Of a stretch of 64,000 bases of DNA, positions 14,334-64,000 are shown in pieces. Origin of the DNA: Auanema rhodensis (lineage: Eukaryota > Animalia > Nematoda); contig OZ059899.1 of assembly GCA_964057225.1 (NCBI GenBank), positions 14,384,001-14,448,000 of the forward strand. Direction: 5' to 3'. The notes below the pieces were generated by a model. That model did not search any database. It was given only the letters and a program-made list of their open reading frames with translations, and was not told the origin of the DNA. Position 1 is the stretch's first letter. Each line of letters starts with the position of its first letter. Both the position numbers and the translations under genes were made by a program.

Positions 14334-17300
14334 ACCCTTTCTCTCTCTTTTCTTTGAAAGTTCTGGTTTTACTTTAACAGCTTTCTCTACATTATGTGAT
14401 TTGTAATCATTAAGTCTTGTAATCATGATCATCATTAGTTTATCTTTTCAAGAAAGTTTGGGACTATCTGATACTTTCAAAGTGATCGTTGCTTACCGTA
14501 TTCATCTAACAACTAGTCTTATTCGGATTTATCTTTATCTTTCTTCTTCTTCTTCTAATTAGTCGTCTGTCTAAATTTCTATATACTTTTGACACACGGT
14601 GAACTCTTTCTTGTTATTCATTGGCTCTTCTTTGCACCCTGTAATTCTGCCGACAGAGTTCACAGCCAAGCTGCGATCATCTTTTATGGAAAAATGAGCC
14701 AACAACTCTGCTCCCATACATATAATCTCCCTCGCTCTCTCTTTCTCTATCTTGATTCTCTACTAATCTTTGACACCTCCCTTTCTATCTGTCTTGTATG
14801 TATTCTATCTGTTGGAATATGAACAGCATGAGTCTTACTGAAGTTGGATTTGCCGACAGGATTAAGGTCAATGTGGCTTGTGTATTATAAGATGAAGAAT
14901 ATTAAGTTGAGATTGTTGATGATGTTAATGGTACATCATCATCTCAAATCGAACGTTCAAATAAGAATGTTCATTCACTTTTAAAACTCCATTGATCATA
15001 TTCCCTTACTCTAGCTATATAAAGCATGGTTAAGCTATAGTTAGTAATATAATCAATAGTTATATTGATACTTTTGATTATTTCGGTTGTCATTGAACAG
15101 AAAAGTATTTTTAACTATTCTATTCCTTTGACCAATACGTTCTAGCATATCAGAGAAGCAGAAATGAAGATATATGGTAGAGAGAGAATGAGAGAACAAG
15201 AGATAAAGAGATAGAAGACAGACAGAGATTGTACGAAACACCTTACAACAAGCCGGTCATCTCGGGTCGGCAGCCAGGTTGACCTCTTCCAGGGGCCTGT
15301 TTTCTTAGCAGTTACTCGACATAGTATTGCTCTACCGACCTGCTCACCCTCTGAGTATCTTCTTTACATATTTTTATTTTGCTGCTTGTTACACACATAT
15401 TCAAACTATATGATATAATCAATATACTTTTTCATATATTTATAGCTTTTCTTTGATTTCTTTTTTTGGTTTTTTCTTCATCATAGTACATCCATTTCAT
15501 CATTAATATCTTAATTGTCTATAACATTTCCCTTAACAAGTCTATGCTTATTCCAAAATGAATTCATTTTATTTCTGAAATTTGAAACAATGTTTACTGA
15601 AAAAAGAAAAAAATAGAGAAAGCTAGGTGCTAAAGTAAAGAGAGATAGAAGAAGCATAGTGAAATGATGTGCTTAACCTTACTTCATTAATTCATTAAAA
15701 TGGTTCTTTTTTCATATTTTGAACTAAACTTATTGCTATTATGCTATATATACATAGTATATTGAATTTATTCTTTATAAGCTTATTCTTCACATCTTAT
15801 TTGAGATTTGTTTATTAATTTTCATATTTTCTATTTTGAAATTTCAAGTGTATATTGGTGGAAATATCTCAATGTTTCTCCTTTTCTCTTGAATATTTCC
15901 ATTTTCCATACAAAATCATTTTCTATTTGATGATAATGTCATTGAACATGTTATGTATCTTTGATAAAGTTAAGAACTGTAATTCAATCTAGATCATGAT
16001 GACCTTATGTGAGGTATCATCTTAACTATGTATTCATGATATCAATTTCTATTTAATCTATATTGGATTCCTTTTTCATTGTTTCATTTGTCTCTTATTC
16101 GCTTAATGAAAAACAAATTTTTTTCCTCTCTTGTCTCATTTTGCTTGGCTTTCAGCCAATAAGATATAGAATATGTGCCAGCAGTTGCAACAGCAGAAGC
16201 AGCAACAGCACCAGCATGTGATAGTTCATTAACATGAACGGAAAGCTTGACATGAGGTTTTATGCTGCAAACTGTTTTTCTTCTAAATTTATCTTCAGTT
16301 ATTCCTTCTTATAGATTTCAGTTCTTTAACATGTTCTTTGTGCTGTCATCTATTTCTCATCTTATTTCTTTTTACTTTCTCGCACTCTCTTCCTCTCACA
16401 CGCTCTAGCTTTTCCTGCTCATTGGTCAATTCCTCGACACGTGTGAGCTTCATCTCTACCTGTGCTGCTCAGCCATAATATTTTTTTTATTGGCTACTTC
16501 CTATTGCTAATAGTACTACTAATAGTCTGTTCATTTCTTTTTAAGTGTTCTTTTTATATTTCAACCAGAATATCTGAGTAGATTTGTGTGTATTTTCTTC
16601 CTAATTTCTTCGAATAAAATCGTCAGTATAACCCCTCAGGGCGTATATTGCAAAGAAGACGATGACGAAGATATTGGATTCCGATTGAAAGTGATTCTAA
16701 CGTCGTCTCTTTTGCTATGACTAATTTAAGGATAAAAAAACGAATCTTTATGATCGTTATCTTTAATCTGCACAGTCTTCGTCTTAATATCTTTTCATTT
16801 ATTTCCACTTCTCGCAGCTTTTCCTCTTTCTTCTCGTCTTCCCTCTGTTCCTACTGCTCTATAACAAATTTTTTTCGTATATTGATCGTTTGGAGCATTT
16901 TTTGTTTCTTTTTTTTTACAAAAAAACTTCAATTATCGTTGAACTGACCTCTTCTCATCGCGTTATCATGACGAAAGCAATCAAAGTTGACAATCGAACG
17001 AAGACAGTTGTCTTCTAAGGTGACCTCCTATTCACAATCAACTTCAATAAGCTTATTCAAGTAGAAAGATTTGCAATATGATCAATAATTTCTATGAAGC
17101 CCTTATATTCTTCTTGTCCATTAACTATTCTATGTCCTAATCATGTTCCAGAAAATCTTATTCATTGCTGTTGTTTAAGACTATTCCCAGTACTAACTGA
17201 TATTCTATATCAGTAATGCCTGCAACCAAATAGCATTTTTTCTCAAATCAATGCTTCATTTCTTCTATTTTTCTTCAATTCAATTGCAAATTTACACGAA

Positions 17301-17846
17301 ACATATAGTAAATCATCAAATATTCGTACATATAAAGCAATACCAATACTAAATTCGGATATTGTTCTTCGTTTTATCTGCAAACACATAGCTATATGTT
17401 ATCTTAAAGTTGAGTAACATATGTAATATGTTAAAGATGAGCACATAGTATATATTCTTTCAAACTATTAGAATATAATATATACCATTTTCATAACATA
17501 CACACTTCTTCATCTTCTATGAATTTCTAAAATACATTAGATACCATTACTTGAGATAATCCTTCAGTTTATTAAGTGTAGTATGATCTTTTTGACTTTT
17601 TCGGACAATCTTTAGTTATCTTTTCTATTTGAAAAGAAATTCTCTTTATCTTTCTCTCACTCTTCCCTCATCTTTACATTTGTTCGTCTTGCTCTCTTGC
17701 ATATCCTTACATCATCACTCTTCTCATATTTCATTTATTTTTCATAATTTCATAATAAGATGTTACTTACCGTCGTTCTTCTGCTCACAAACAGTACTTT
17801 CTTTGTTGCTCATTGACTTGATATGGTTCAATACACTTGATGGTGT

Positions 17847-17853
<7 letters not shown>

Positions 17854-17922
<69 letters not shown>
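17854..17922 (+). repeat. (CT)n microsatellite
   Basis: Directly visible. Confidence 0.95.
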
Positions 17923-17924
<2 letters not shown>

Positions 17925-20900
17925 ATATATTTCTTCTTCTTCTTCTTCAACTTTATGACATCGTGATACATATATTCTATTTGTCTGTATAATCTCATCG
18001 TTTTATATACTATTTATACATATCAAATTCAAATTCTCCGTGTCAGGCAATAGTTGCTAGCGGTATAGCACAAGTTTCTCTTCATTTAGCTTCTGCGCTT
18101 TATTCATTCAAGATGTTGCACCGACTCTCTCTCTTTCTCTCCCTCTTTCTATGTCTCTTTCATGGTTCTCTTGTTACAAATAATTCTTTCCCACTAACTC
18201 CTATCTATCTGTATTTTACTTTGTTCATCTGCCTGTCTGAATGTCAGTTCATTGATATACAAACATGCTTTTCCTATGTTCCCATCCGTTTAGCTTTCCC
18301 TTCCTCCCTCACATCTACTACCTCATATCCAATGTCCTTTCCATTTTCTCCCAACATTTTATTTCATACATTCTTCTTTCAACTTACTATGAATATTTGG
18401 AAGCATCTCTACCTGTTCATTCGTCTTCAGCTATCAAGATTTTCGATTTTCAATTAGTATCTACTATTCTAATCTGAAAAACTTAATCAGCTGTTGCGAT
18501 TTTTTCATCACAAATCACTTTAACATGCGTTCTGCTCAGGTTCATCCTCACGTTTTGTCTTTTTTCTTCTTCTTCTTCTTCTCCATCTGCTTTTTCGAAA
18601 GTTTCATAGCTATTTTTCTATCTAAATCTCCCTTTCTTCAATCTTTCTCCTCTTTCTTGCTTACTAATCGTACAATTCCTTGTCGTAATCACAAATATAT
18701 AGTTTTTTAATTTATATGATATAGTTAACAACTATTGAATATAACACATACCTTATACATATAATACCAATCATAGTCAATTAGTTCGTCTTCATCTCAC
18801 CTCTCCCCTGTTTCAATCTATCTCATTCTCTCTACTTGTTCTATATCTGCTTGTTTTCATAACCCATTCTCTTTGATTTTCATATTTATAATTACTAATT
18901 ATATATTATGCGTATAGGATTGATTTTTATCCAAAATGGGTTCATGGACATATTGACAATTAGCTGTAATTTGAATCATGATGAACACATCAATGTATGT
19001 ATCTGGTAATCGTTACATACGTAGTATATACATAGTATACCCATATATTCATAATCTACATAGTTTATTCTATTTCATATAGTTATAATATATAGATAAC
19101 TTCATATATATTTACTTGTTTTCTATGCATCTACCTCAGTTTTGCCTTACTTCTACTTTTCTCACTCTCTGTATCATCTTCTTCGTCATCATGACATTGT
19201 TCTAAATTTCGTTTTGAAATTGCCGCTCACGTTTATGCTAATTTCACGCGCGTTATGTATGTAGACGCTGCCGTCATTCAAAATGGTCTTTTCGTCTTTC
19301 CATTTTGGTGTCTCCTGCTGCATCAGATTGGCGGCCAGCTTATAAGCTTTGTTTAGTAGATCATATCTGAAGATAATGCTTTTTCTTAATGCTCCGGATG
19401 CTTTTGCTTAAAGAAATTGGTAAATTTAATTTTTTTTTAATTTGGTTGTTTAAAATTATATTGAATATATAACTATAGTTATAGATGTAGTTTAGATATC
19501 TTAGTATTATCTGTGCAACTTCTAGAATAACTTGTATGAATGGATTTCATTGAAATATCATTTTTTCCCCTCTTTTCCCCCCTTTTTCTCTCTCTTTCCC
19601 TTCATTTCTCCTTTTTTCCCTTCATTTCTTGTATCCTCTCTCTACGACTATGCTAACTCCTTCATATCATTTATACTTCTTGTAAGTATATGCTATGTAT
19701 ATATGTCTATTGTTAGTATATGTCTGAATCATCACTCAACGAAGCAATTCACAACAAGAGATTGCAGGTTAATGACAGCAACTCATGCAACTAAGAAAAC
19801 TAATTATTTTCATTCAAGGCTTCTAAGCTTTAATAGCCATGTCATCGCTACTTAGTTACCTCTGCTCCCAAAATTTTATTTGAGATATCTTATGTCTCTT
19901 GCTACGATGACAACCTTCGGAAAGCAGGACAACTAAAGCAAAAATCAAAAAATAATTTGTCTACGCTCTTTGAAAAACTTCATATTTCGCTATTTCATGT
20001 TAACTATACATATGTAGTTATGTTTTTCCTTGTATATGCTTGCTATTGATTTGAGAATATTTTCATTTTAATCAGACTATTGCTGTATTTTCAAATCTTT
20101 CTTTTGAAATTATTATGATTGCGGCTGAATATGTGTGATCATTGTTTTAAAGAAAATGCATAGTTAACGTTAACAATAATTCTGAATATTGTTATATATA
20201 CATATATATAAATATTATATATGTACCTAGAATACACTAACTGCTTTTAAAAGTTTGTAACTCTTATCCTTTCTACTTACTCGTCCATGCAATCTGTCGT
20301 TCATCTTCGTTACTTAAAGCTATGCTTACTCTCCCCCTCCCCTCTCTACCTCTCCCTCTCTACCTCTCTCTCTCTCTCTCTCTCTCCCTCCCTCCCTCTC
20401 TCTCTCTCTCTCCATCTATTTTCCTTGTTGACTCTCTCATTGTATTCTTTTATATTTCTCTTTACTTTCTTTGTTTTTTTCATTTGTTTAGAAACCAGCA
20501 GCATCAGCAAAGCTGATCATCTCATTTTCTTTCTAGTTAAAGAATAAAGTGAAGACAAGACATGAATCGGAAAAAGAAAAGGATTAAAGCGCATTTGCTC
20601 CTATCCATTCCGTCTCTCTTTCTTTCTCTCCCTCTCTCTCTCTTTTTGGCATTCTGAAACTTCTTACTACCACTCCATCATCCTTTGCTGCTTCTCCTTC
20701 ACGGAGGTCTACCGACAAGCTCAACCATTCTAACTTCTTATGTTTCATCTTTCCTTTCTTCCTCTTTTGTCTCACCACATCATCCGCCCAGCTAGTGGAA
20801 TAGAGCCTATCATGAGTGAAAGCCGCACCATTCAAACCTCTTGAAGCGATACTGCAATCTTCGGCAGAAATAGCTTCCAAATTACTCCAGATAATCCTCA

Positions 20901-21367
20901 TTTTCCATTTTCGTCTGTTGGACTAGTCTTGTTGTACGAGCTCGATGTCTTCTCTTAGCTTCATTCGATCTTTTTGTCTGATTTGTTGTCTGATTCAGTT
21001 TTTTCGTTCGATATACATTACATAATCATTACATATGTCATACTTACTATACTGATTATACTTTACTATAATATTTGTATTAATTAAATAATCGTTTGTG
21101 CTTTGCAGATTTTCACCTGTGCTTTTCCGTTATCGATCTCGATCATTTTACTCTGGAATCCGCTAGTAATTTGGTCAATATTTTATATAAATTATCCCTA
21201 ATACTAGTCTCAAGGCAACTATAAATAGTTAGTTTATTCAATTAATACTTTTTTTTTGTTATTTTTATTATTATATAACTATATGCGTATTTCTTACATA
21301 TTTCTCTCATTTGTTTTGCATACAAATTGAATTTGTCGCCCACTATGCACTTTTATGAATTTCTTGC

Positions 21368-21372
<5 letters not shown>

Positions 21373-21426
<54 letters not shown>
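21373..21426 (+). repeat. (CT)n microsatellite
   Basis: Directly visible. Confidence 0.95.
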
Positions 21427-21428
<2 letters not shown>

Positions 21429-21763
21429 ATCTTTTTCTCTCTTAATCTTTCTTTACTTCTATGTTATATTTTTTTCTTCCAAGACCAATATGTTTTCACT
21501 TACAATCATCGTTTAACGTCTCCCAGTCATCATATTTCATTTTTGAAGCAGAAATTAGCTTATTTTTGTCTGGAAAATTAAAAAAAAAACGAAATGCGAG
21601 TCATGCTTTGTGCCTTATGCTGTACATGAAGCCATCGTCTTAGTATGGCTATCTAGGTTGTTGGAACGATTCCCCAATCTTCCAAACGAGCTATTGTTTG
21701 GCTTAAAATGAACAGGAAGAAGAAACTGAAGGCTGTTCTTATCCATTTTACTCCTCTCCCTTT

Positions 21764-21808
<45 letters not shown>

Positions 21809-23380
21809 TCATTATGTTATATGTTTCTCTCTATATCTTAAAAAAGGAATAAAGAAGAAACATTGAACTGTATAAATGATCTCTGTTATTCAATATTATT
21901 CCATTAATTTTATGCATCAACAATCATATTTAATCAATATATAATATATGTATATAATTATGATATAATCTGTAGTATTGTTAAGATTGTAAGTATTTTC
22001 ATTTCGTCATAATCTAACATATGCTAACGTAATATGATGTTGTAGCAGCATGAAGCTGTTCAAAGTTCTGTACATGAACTGTGTTCTGTACTCTTATATG
22101 TAATTATAATATTCAAACTTTATGTATATGAAGTGAGTACATATTCAAGAGTAAAGCAACGATCTACAACACTATCTATCTCTTGTATATGCTTGTCTTG
22201 AAATTAAAAAAAAAGTTTAATTTTGACATTATTCTTTTGGCGCCATCGTAAATTATTCAAAATGACCAACAATGTTCAACAGCAGCATACAGCAAGCACA
22301 TCTGCTTTGTGTGAACGATGGTCATCTGAAGCCTAGACTGCTTGACACCTCTAATTTTCTGATTTTTCATCTTTCAAACTAGACTAATGAGCCAATTGTG
22401 TACGTCTATCCTCTTTATACACATATAGTTTATTTTATTTTTAATTACATAATTAATGTTTTAAACTAGAAAAATGACAGAATGAAATTAGTATTTTGGC
22501 TTGTTGAAAGAGCAAAAATTATGCTGAGGCGAACGAATTAGCCAAAAAGATGTTGGAAGTTTTTCGTTCAATGATTCCTGCTTCTTGCACACATTTAAAA
22601 CTTTTTATTTTTAATATTTCTTTGCAATTACAACATAAATTGAGTGATGGAATAGAGGAGTAAAGTTAGAATATAACATACTTATATATGTAAATTAATG
22701 ATGAAATATTCTTCTATCTTATTGTATATTTCTTCAAATCAATTAGACTATTATACTTGTTGTTCTTGAAAACTATTCATACAAGAAGCTTGAATATCGA
22801 AATTTCTAGATGATTCATATGACTTCATCTTGCCATACTTCTCATCCAACTGTTTTTTAACTGTGAAGATTGAAACGAAGTGTTGATGTCGCTCAATTAT
22901 CTAACTGGGTGAGATTCATGAAAGTAGCAGATGGTCAACTCTTCAATTGCAAAAATTTTGAATTAGTGAAGAGTGTGAAGTAGTGAGAGAGACAGAAAAG
23001 GAATAGAGAAAGAGAGAAAGAGAGAAGAAAAAGATAATGACAAATCTGGAATGATGTTGAAGAGAGAAACATGATGTGACTCATGAAGTTTCAATGTTTC
23101 AGTACATTTGAACAAACTTTCTGATCATTCTGCATAGATCATGGGATTTTCTTCTTTTTTTTTTCGAAAAACTTTCCCTGTTGCTTTCTCTTTTTTTCTT
23201 TTCTGATTTTGGTATTGTCATATTCATCTTCATCCTTCTCTCGTACCTTATGTGATCAGAAGAACTGAACAAGCGTAGGCTGCAGGTTTGATGACCACAA
23301 CTTATTCATGTATTCTCTGATTAATACTTAATTTAAGTAAGAAATGTAAAATTAATGATGACGGATTTGATGATTAATTT

Positions 23381-23433
<53 letters not shown>

Positions 23434-26400
23434 TTTTCTATTTTCTTGCTCTCCATTATTCGATAATATACATATAGAGTTATGATATTTAATACCATAT
23501 GTATATGGCAGTAATGATCTACTAAATGACCTTAAGCAACTGATCAGCTCTATGACGTTGAAGAATCCTTCAATGTGGACAATGGACACAAGAAACGTTC
23601 TTCTGGTTCCACAGAGAAGAGAGAAAGCAGGATCATGTTATTGCAGAAATAGCGAACCAATTTGTGAGATAGAGAGAAATAAGGGAGAAGAGGAGATGCC
23701 ATTGGTTGCCCTATTCGCCTGATGAAATCAAATCTTCTGAGCCTTTCCTTCTTCTTCCACGCAAGCATCGCTTTCGTTGTGGCCCTCATTTCGGACAGCG
23801 ACCACCCTCATCTTCGACAAGAGCATCGACGTCATTTTGTACATAAACACCAACATACCAAGTCACAACATGATTCAAGCTGCTTAGCATCCTTTTCTAT
23901 CCTTCGTTCAGCCAATCATCACATTTAGTTCATCCAATGAGTTTGTCTTTGTAGAAGAGCACACGATTAGATCTGCCACTGTGTCATAGTAATACACAAC
24001 TCCCTGCCGCTATTTTGTGGGCCCATTCAAACATGTTTTTCAAGCTCTCCAAGAAACCTTTTAACCACGTAAAGCATACAAGCTCTCAGTACACTGGATG
24101 TTTCCGGCTCACCGGCGCATCAAGCCAGCTTGATGTAAGCTCATCATGCATTTCTTCCTATTGTATTCATTCAAATGCTTATTTCTCATTGTTTTTTTTT
24201 TCTTAGAAAATGGTTTATTTTGAAGATGATCATTCCATTTAACTATGACACGTTCATCGTTTTACCTTGTTAAATTAGAAAAATTTATCTTTTAGATCTT
24301 CCGCTCCATATTTTCTGCTACTAGCTATTAGAGAGTAAAATCATTTCACCAATTTCGACCATTAAAAAGCTATAAAAGGTGATGATGAGGGTCTCTTTCC
24401 CTCTTCTTCTCTTATTGCTATTTCTCATTTTCTTTTTCTCTCTCTTGCACCCCCCTCTCTCTCTATCTTTTTCTTTGTTTCAAACCTCGATTTATTCCAT
24501 TATCTCTTGCTCTCTCCTCTATTTCTACTACTTTCATGTTGATTCTCTAAATATTTTGTTCATCCACCTACTAGACATCGTTTTGTTTTTATTGGCAACC
24601 GTTTAGTTTTTTCTCGTCAACTTGCCTGACCCCCTAGTTCTTCTTTCTTATTTCTCTAACTCTTATTCTCATCTCTTCCTTCCTATCTATCCGTCCTTTG
24701 GTTTTTTTTCAAAAATTCTCAACGAAAAAAAAAAACTTCTGTGAAGAGGATTCTGAATTCCTTGTTTCTCTTTGTCTGGTACTCCCTCTTTTTCTCTTTC
24801 TCTCTCTATCACACTCTTTTCTATTCTAATCTCTTGTTCAAGTGATATCAAATCACGCAAATGCTACAACTTCCTTTTGGTTGTTCGTTTCATCTTCTGT
24901 TCACTTCCGTGTTTGAACATTCAGAAGACATATGATGTAAGCGTTTATGTTTCCGTATGTCTTTCATTCAATTTTCTTCATAGATTCTGAATATCCTATA
25001 ACTATCATCAGCTCTTTCTGATTCTTTCATTGAGCTGATATTCAAATCTCATTTTCTTTTTTAATATTTTCAATTTCATGTGACATCACTCAGCAGACAA
25101 TGAGATTGTATGTCTGTGTTTAGTGTACATAGCATGGTTAGGCTTTGAATGTCGTTGACTATATTGTCATTTGAAGAATTGCTTTCTGGTAATGCTCTAA
25201 AAGAGGTTGTGAGGAATGGTTATGTGCGATTGAGTGTGGCTGAGAGTAAAGGGTAGCCTGCGTTTCATTCTGACGGCTGTCTGTTTCTCCTGTTTTTGGA
25301 GTTCTTTGTGATGCCAGTTGTCCTTCAATAGTTTATTCGTCTCGACTGTTTTGGTCATTTATCATATCTGGACATGACCCAGTACTTACTTTTCATGTTT
25401 TCTCTCTCTTACTTTCTCTTTCTCTCTCTTTCTCTCTCTTCTATTCTTTTTGAGTTCAAAGCTGATTTTTTTTCCGAAAGACAATGCGACAGACACATAG
25501 AGAGGGATAGAGAAAAAGAATAGCCGAGATATAACATAGAAGATGTTGCTTTCTTTCTCTTGGGGATAAGATGAAAATGGTCAGCTAGAACCAGCCATCC
25601 TCTATTCGGCTTGTGCTTGGGCGACATTTTCTGTTCTTTCGCCCATCTAGTTCGTCCTAGTCGCTAGGGGAAGGGCGTACACACTCTCTCTCTCTACTCT
25701 TCTTATTCTCTCTCTTTCTCTCTTTCTCTCTTCAATCTCCTCATTCTAATATCTCTCCGAATAGGAAGGAAGAGTCAAGGCTTTGACCATTTAACATATA
25801 CATATCTATCCAACTACTTTATATATATATCTATATCTCTTTCATGTATCCATGTATATATAGTTCAATTTATAAATTTCCTTCTCTCTTTCTTTCTACT
25901 CTTCCCTCTCTCTCTCATTCCTATATCTTTATCTATTTTCTTGAGAAGCATAGTTAGTAAATATATATATAGTATGCAACTGATGTGCACAATTCGCTCA
26001 ATAGGCTCATGTGTTGCTTGTGTCTCCTGTGATACACAAACTCACTTGGTCTCGATGCTCATGCGCACCATCATCTCTAACCTCAGCATTCTCTCAAAGG
26101 TTGAGCTTTCAAATCTTGAATTATCAATCTGATAGCTCAAATCACATTCTCTTATGTGTTTGTCGTTTCTTTTCTTCTTTCCTACAAATATATTCATCTA
26201 CATCTACATTCATGTGTCTATGTATGTATGTGCCATCCTCTTCCCTCCTTACTCGGCTCTTTCCTTTTCCGAGATACCACCCCGTTGCCGGCCATCAGCT
26301 CCAGCAGAGCATGCTGACTGCTTGTGGTCCGAGAGCTCAAAAAAAAAGGAAAAAAAAAATTCTGCAACTCATTATCTATTTCCGCCGTCCAAGCTAACTC

Positions 26401-27055
26401 ATTTCATCTTTTGGATTTTGTCTATTTAATGAATTTTTTCATTTTTTTCTATTTCCTGTTTCTTCGTGTTCTACTTCTTTTTTGACTTCACTTCTTCACC
26501 AACCAGCATCATCTCTTTCAATTTTCATATTTTTGAAGGTTTAGCCGGGCTGATCGACTTAAAGCTTGTTGTATGCATATGTTGTGTTAATATAGACATT
26601 ACGTCGCCAATTTATTTATTTCTATGAAAAAAACATTTTTTTCTATCGGATTGATGCTCATAATATTCTATTTTCTATTTTTAGTATATTTTAATTAATT
26701 AAATAATAATTAGCATATGATTATTACAAATTATGGTTACATTAAATCGTTATAACTTATTTATCGTTATAACTTATTATGTATTTGTTATTTATATTAT
26801 AATATATTTTGTTATTTTATGATATTTTAAGAAAAAAATATTTCTAATATATCTAATCGTTTCCTTCTTTTTCTATAATTGAAGATACGTTGCAAAGATG
26901 CTTTAGAATGAATTTTTTCATACATATACATACTTTTTCCAATATCTTCTCTTCTTGAAGTCGTTTGTTCGTTTAACTCAAATGAATTTTTTGTATATCA
27001 TATGATTAGAATATTTTTATTTTTTCAGAGAAATAGCGAGTGTGTGTGGTGGGGC

Positions 27056-27073
27056 ATGCGAATAGACTTATAG
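27056..27073 (+). promoter_or_regulatory. Short uORF (MRIDL*) in the ptp-1 5' leader
   Basis: ATG CGA ATA GAC TTA TAG lies between the TTTTCAG acceptor (27022-27028) and the main ATG (27078), and ends 4 nt before that ATG. Confidence 0.45.
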
Positions 27074-27077
27074 TGAT

Positions 27078-62715
<35,638 letters not shown>

Positions 62716-63334
62716 GTATGTCTATTGTTTATTATTTCACTTTTTATTATATTTTATATATTATACTCTTTGTTTTCTTTCTTTTTTTTTACAAAAAAAA
62801 ACATTTAAGACAAAAATCTATTGTTTCCGCTCATAATACGGCTGACTGATTGACATTAATAATCAGCTTTTTCGATATATTCATAGATCTGTAGTTTATG
62901 AACACCACTTTCTCTCTCTCTCTCTCTCCATTTCACTCTCTCTTTCTCTCTCTACTTTTCTCTTTGTGAAACATAACAGTTCGTTTGATAATGAAAAAGA
63001 AGAAGAAAAAGAAGAAGAAGCTTTCTTCGTTATTAACACACTGATGACCTCCAGAAGTCATGAATAGATGTAGAGACGATGATAGCAATCAAGCACATGT
63101 AATGTTTAAACTAGAAAAAAAACAGATCATGATATCTTACAAGCTTTCTTCCTCTCTTCGATTCATTTTATTCTTTTTCTTCTTCTTTTTTCTCATTTAT
63201 AATCAGAAAAGAGACATTTCATCTTAGAACTTTTACTTTTTTTATTCTTTTTTTTTTTCCAACAATGTATGATAACATGATACTGATAATACATTATGTT
63301 GTTGTTCTCTTATTCTGTTCTTCAATCTACCATC

Positions 63335-63386
<52 letters not shown>

Positions 63387-64000
63387 TCTCTCTCTATCTT
63401 TCGTTTTCTCTTTCAATCTTACCAATCACCATCTTCATCAGTTGCATTTTTCATCCAGCTTCATGTACATGTTACGTTTTCTTAAGCACCTTCTGTATAC
63501 ATTCATTTTACTTCTTCGTCATCTTTGACTTCTCTTTTCTCCAGCTAAGGTCATTTACTTCCTTAATGTGTCTCTTTTCCGCTGTTCATGTATATGAGCA
63601 TCCGCAACTCTTCTTAAAGATCTTCTGAGTATCATGTATGCTTCCTTTTTTCTTGGTTAACATCAGCATCTACTCCTGGTTTCTCAACACTTCATTAATG
63701 TTGCTGACGTCTTCATTCAATAACTATGTTGATGACGACGAAAAGTCTAAATTTCATAATTATTATCTTCAAAATCATTAATTTTGTATGATAAGTATGT
63801 ATATCAAATGAGAACTAAGAATTGAAGCTGCAACATGTTCTATCAGCAGGTATTTTCTTAGCTCGAAGACCTCCATGTCTCTCTCTCTCTCTCTTTCTCT
63901 CTCTATGTGTCCTAACTATATATATTATAATTAAAATAATATTTATATTAATGTTTTCACTTCTTTCTTTCATTTTAGTTTTTTTTTGTCTTTCATCATA

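Overview
AT-rich eukaryotic DNA, almost certainly from a nematode: it has 41-180 nt introns, TTTTCAG acceptors and AG sites just before start codons that look like SL trans-splice acceptors. I cannot name the species. Two spliced genes can be reconstructed by hand. (1) A complete 17-exon phospholipase B-like (PLBD2-type lysosomal Ntn-hydrolase) gene on the minus strand, 7851-11017, 581 aa. (2) The 5' part of ptp-1, a PTPN3/PTPN4/PTP-MEG-type FERM-PDZ-tyrosine phosphatase, on the plus strand from 27078. Fourteen exons are visible to 62715, and the PDZ and PTP domains lie beyond the window. The most notable feature is inside the 24-kb and 5.7-kb ptp-1 introns. Three small exons each have a CAG within 0-4 nt of an ATG and a donor whose phase matches the next constitutive exon. 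They predict FERM-less isoforms from internal promoters, and each would also keep the frame as a cassette exon. Other observations: a possible nested antisense gene, (CT)n/(AG)n microsatellites whose strand flips near 12.5-13.3 kb, a dispersed AACTA...TAGTT palindrome family, and an inverted GATA pair plus a TCACGTGA box upstream of the lysosomal gene. Most ORF-track entries are microsatellite artefacts. I found no rRNA, tRNA, CRISPR array or recognisable transposon.
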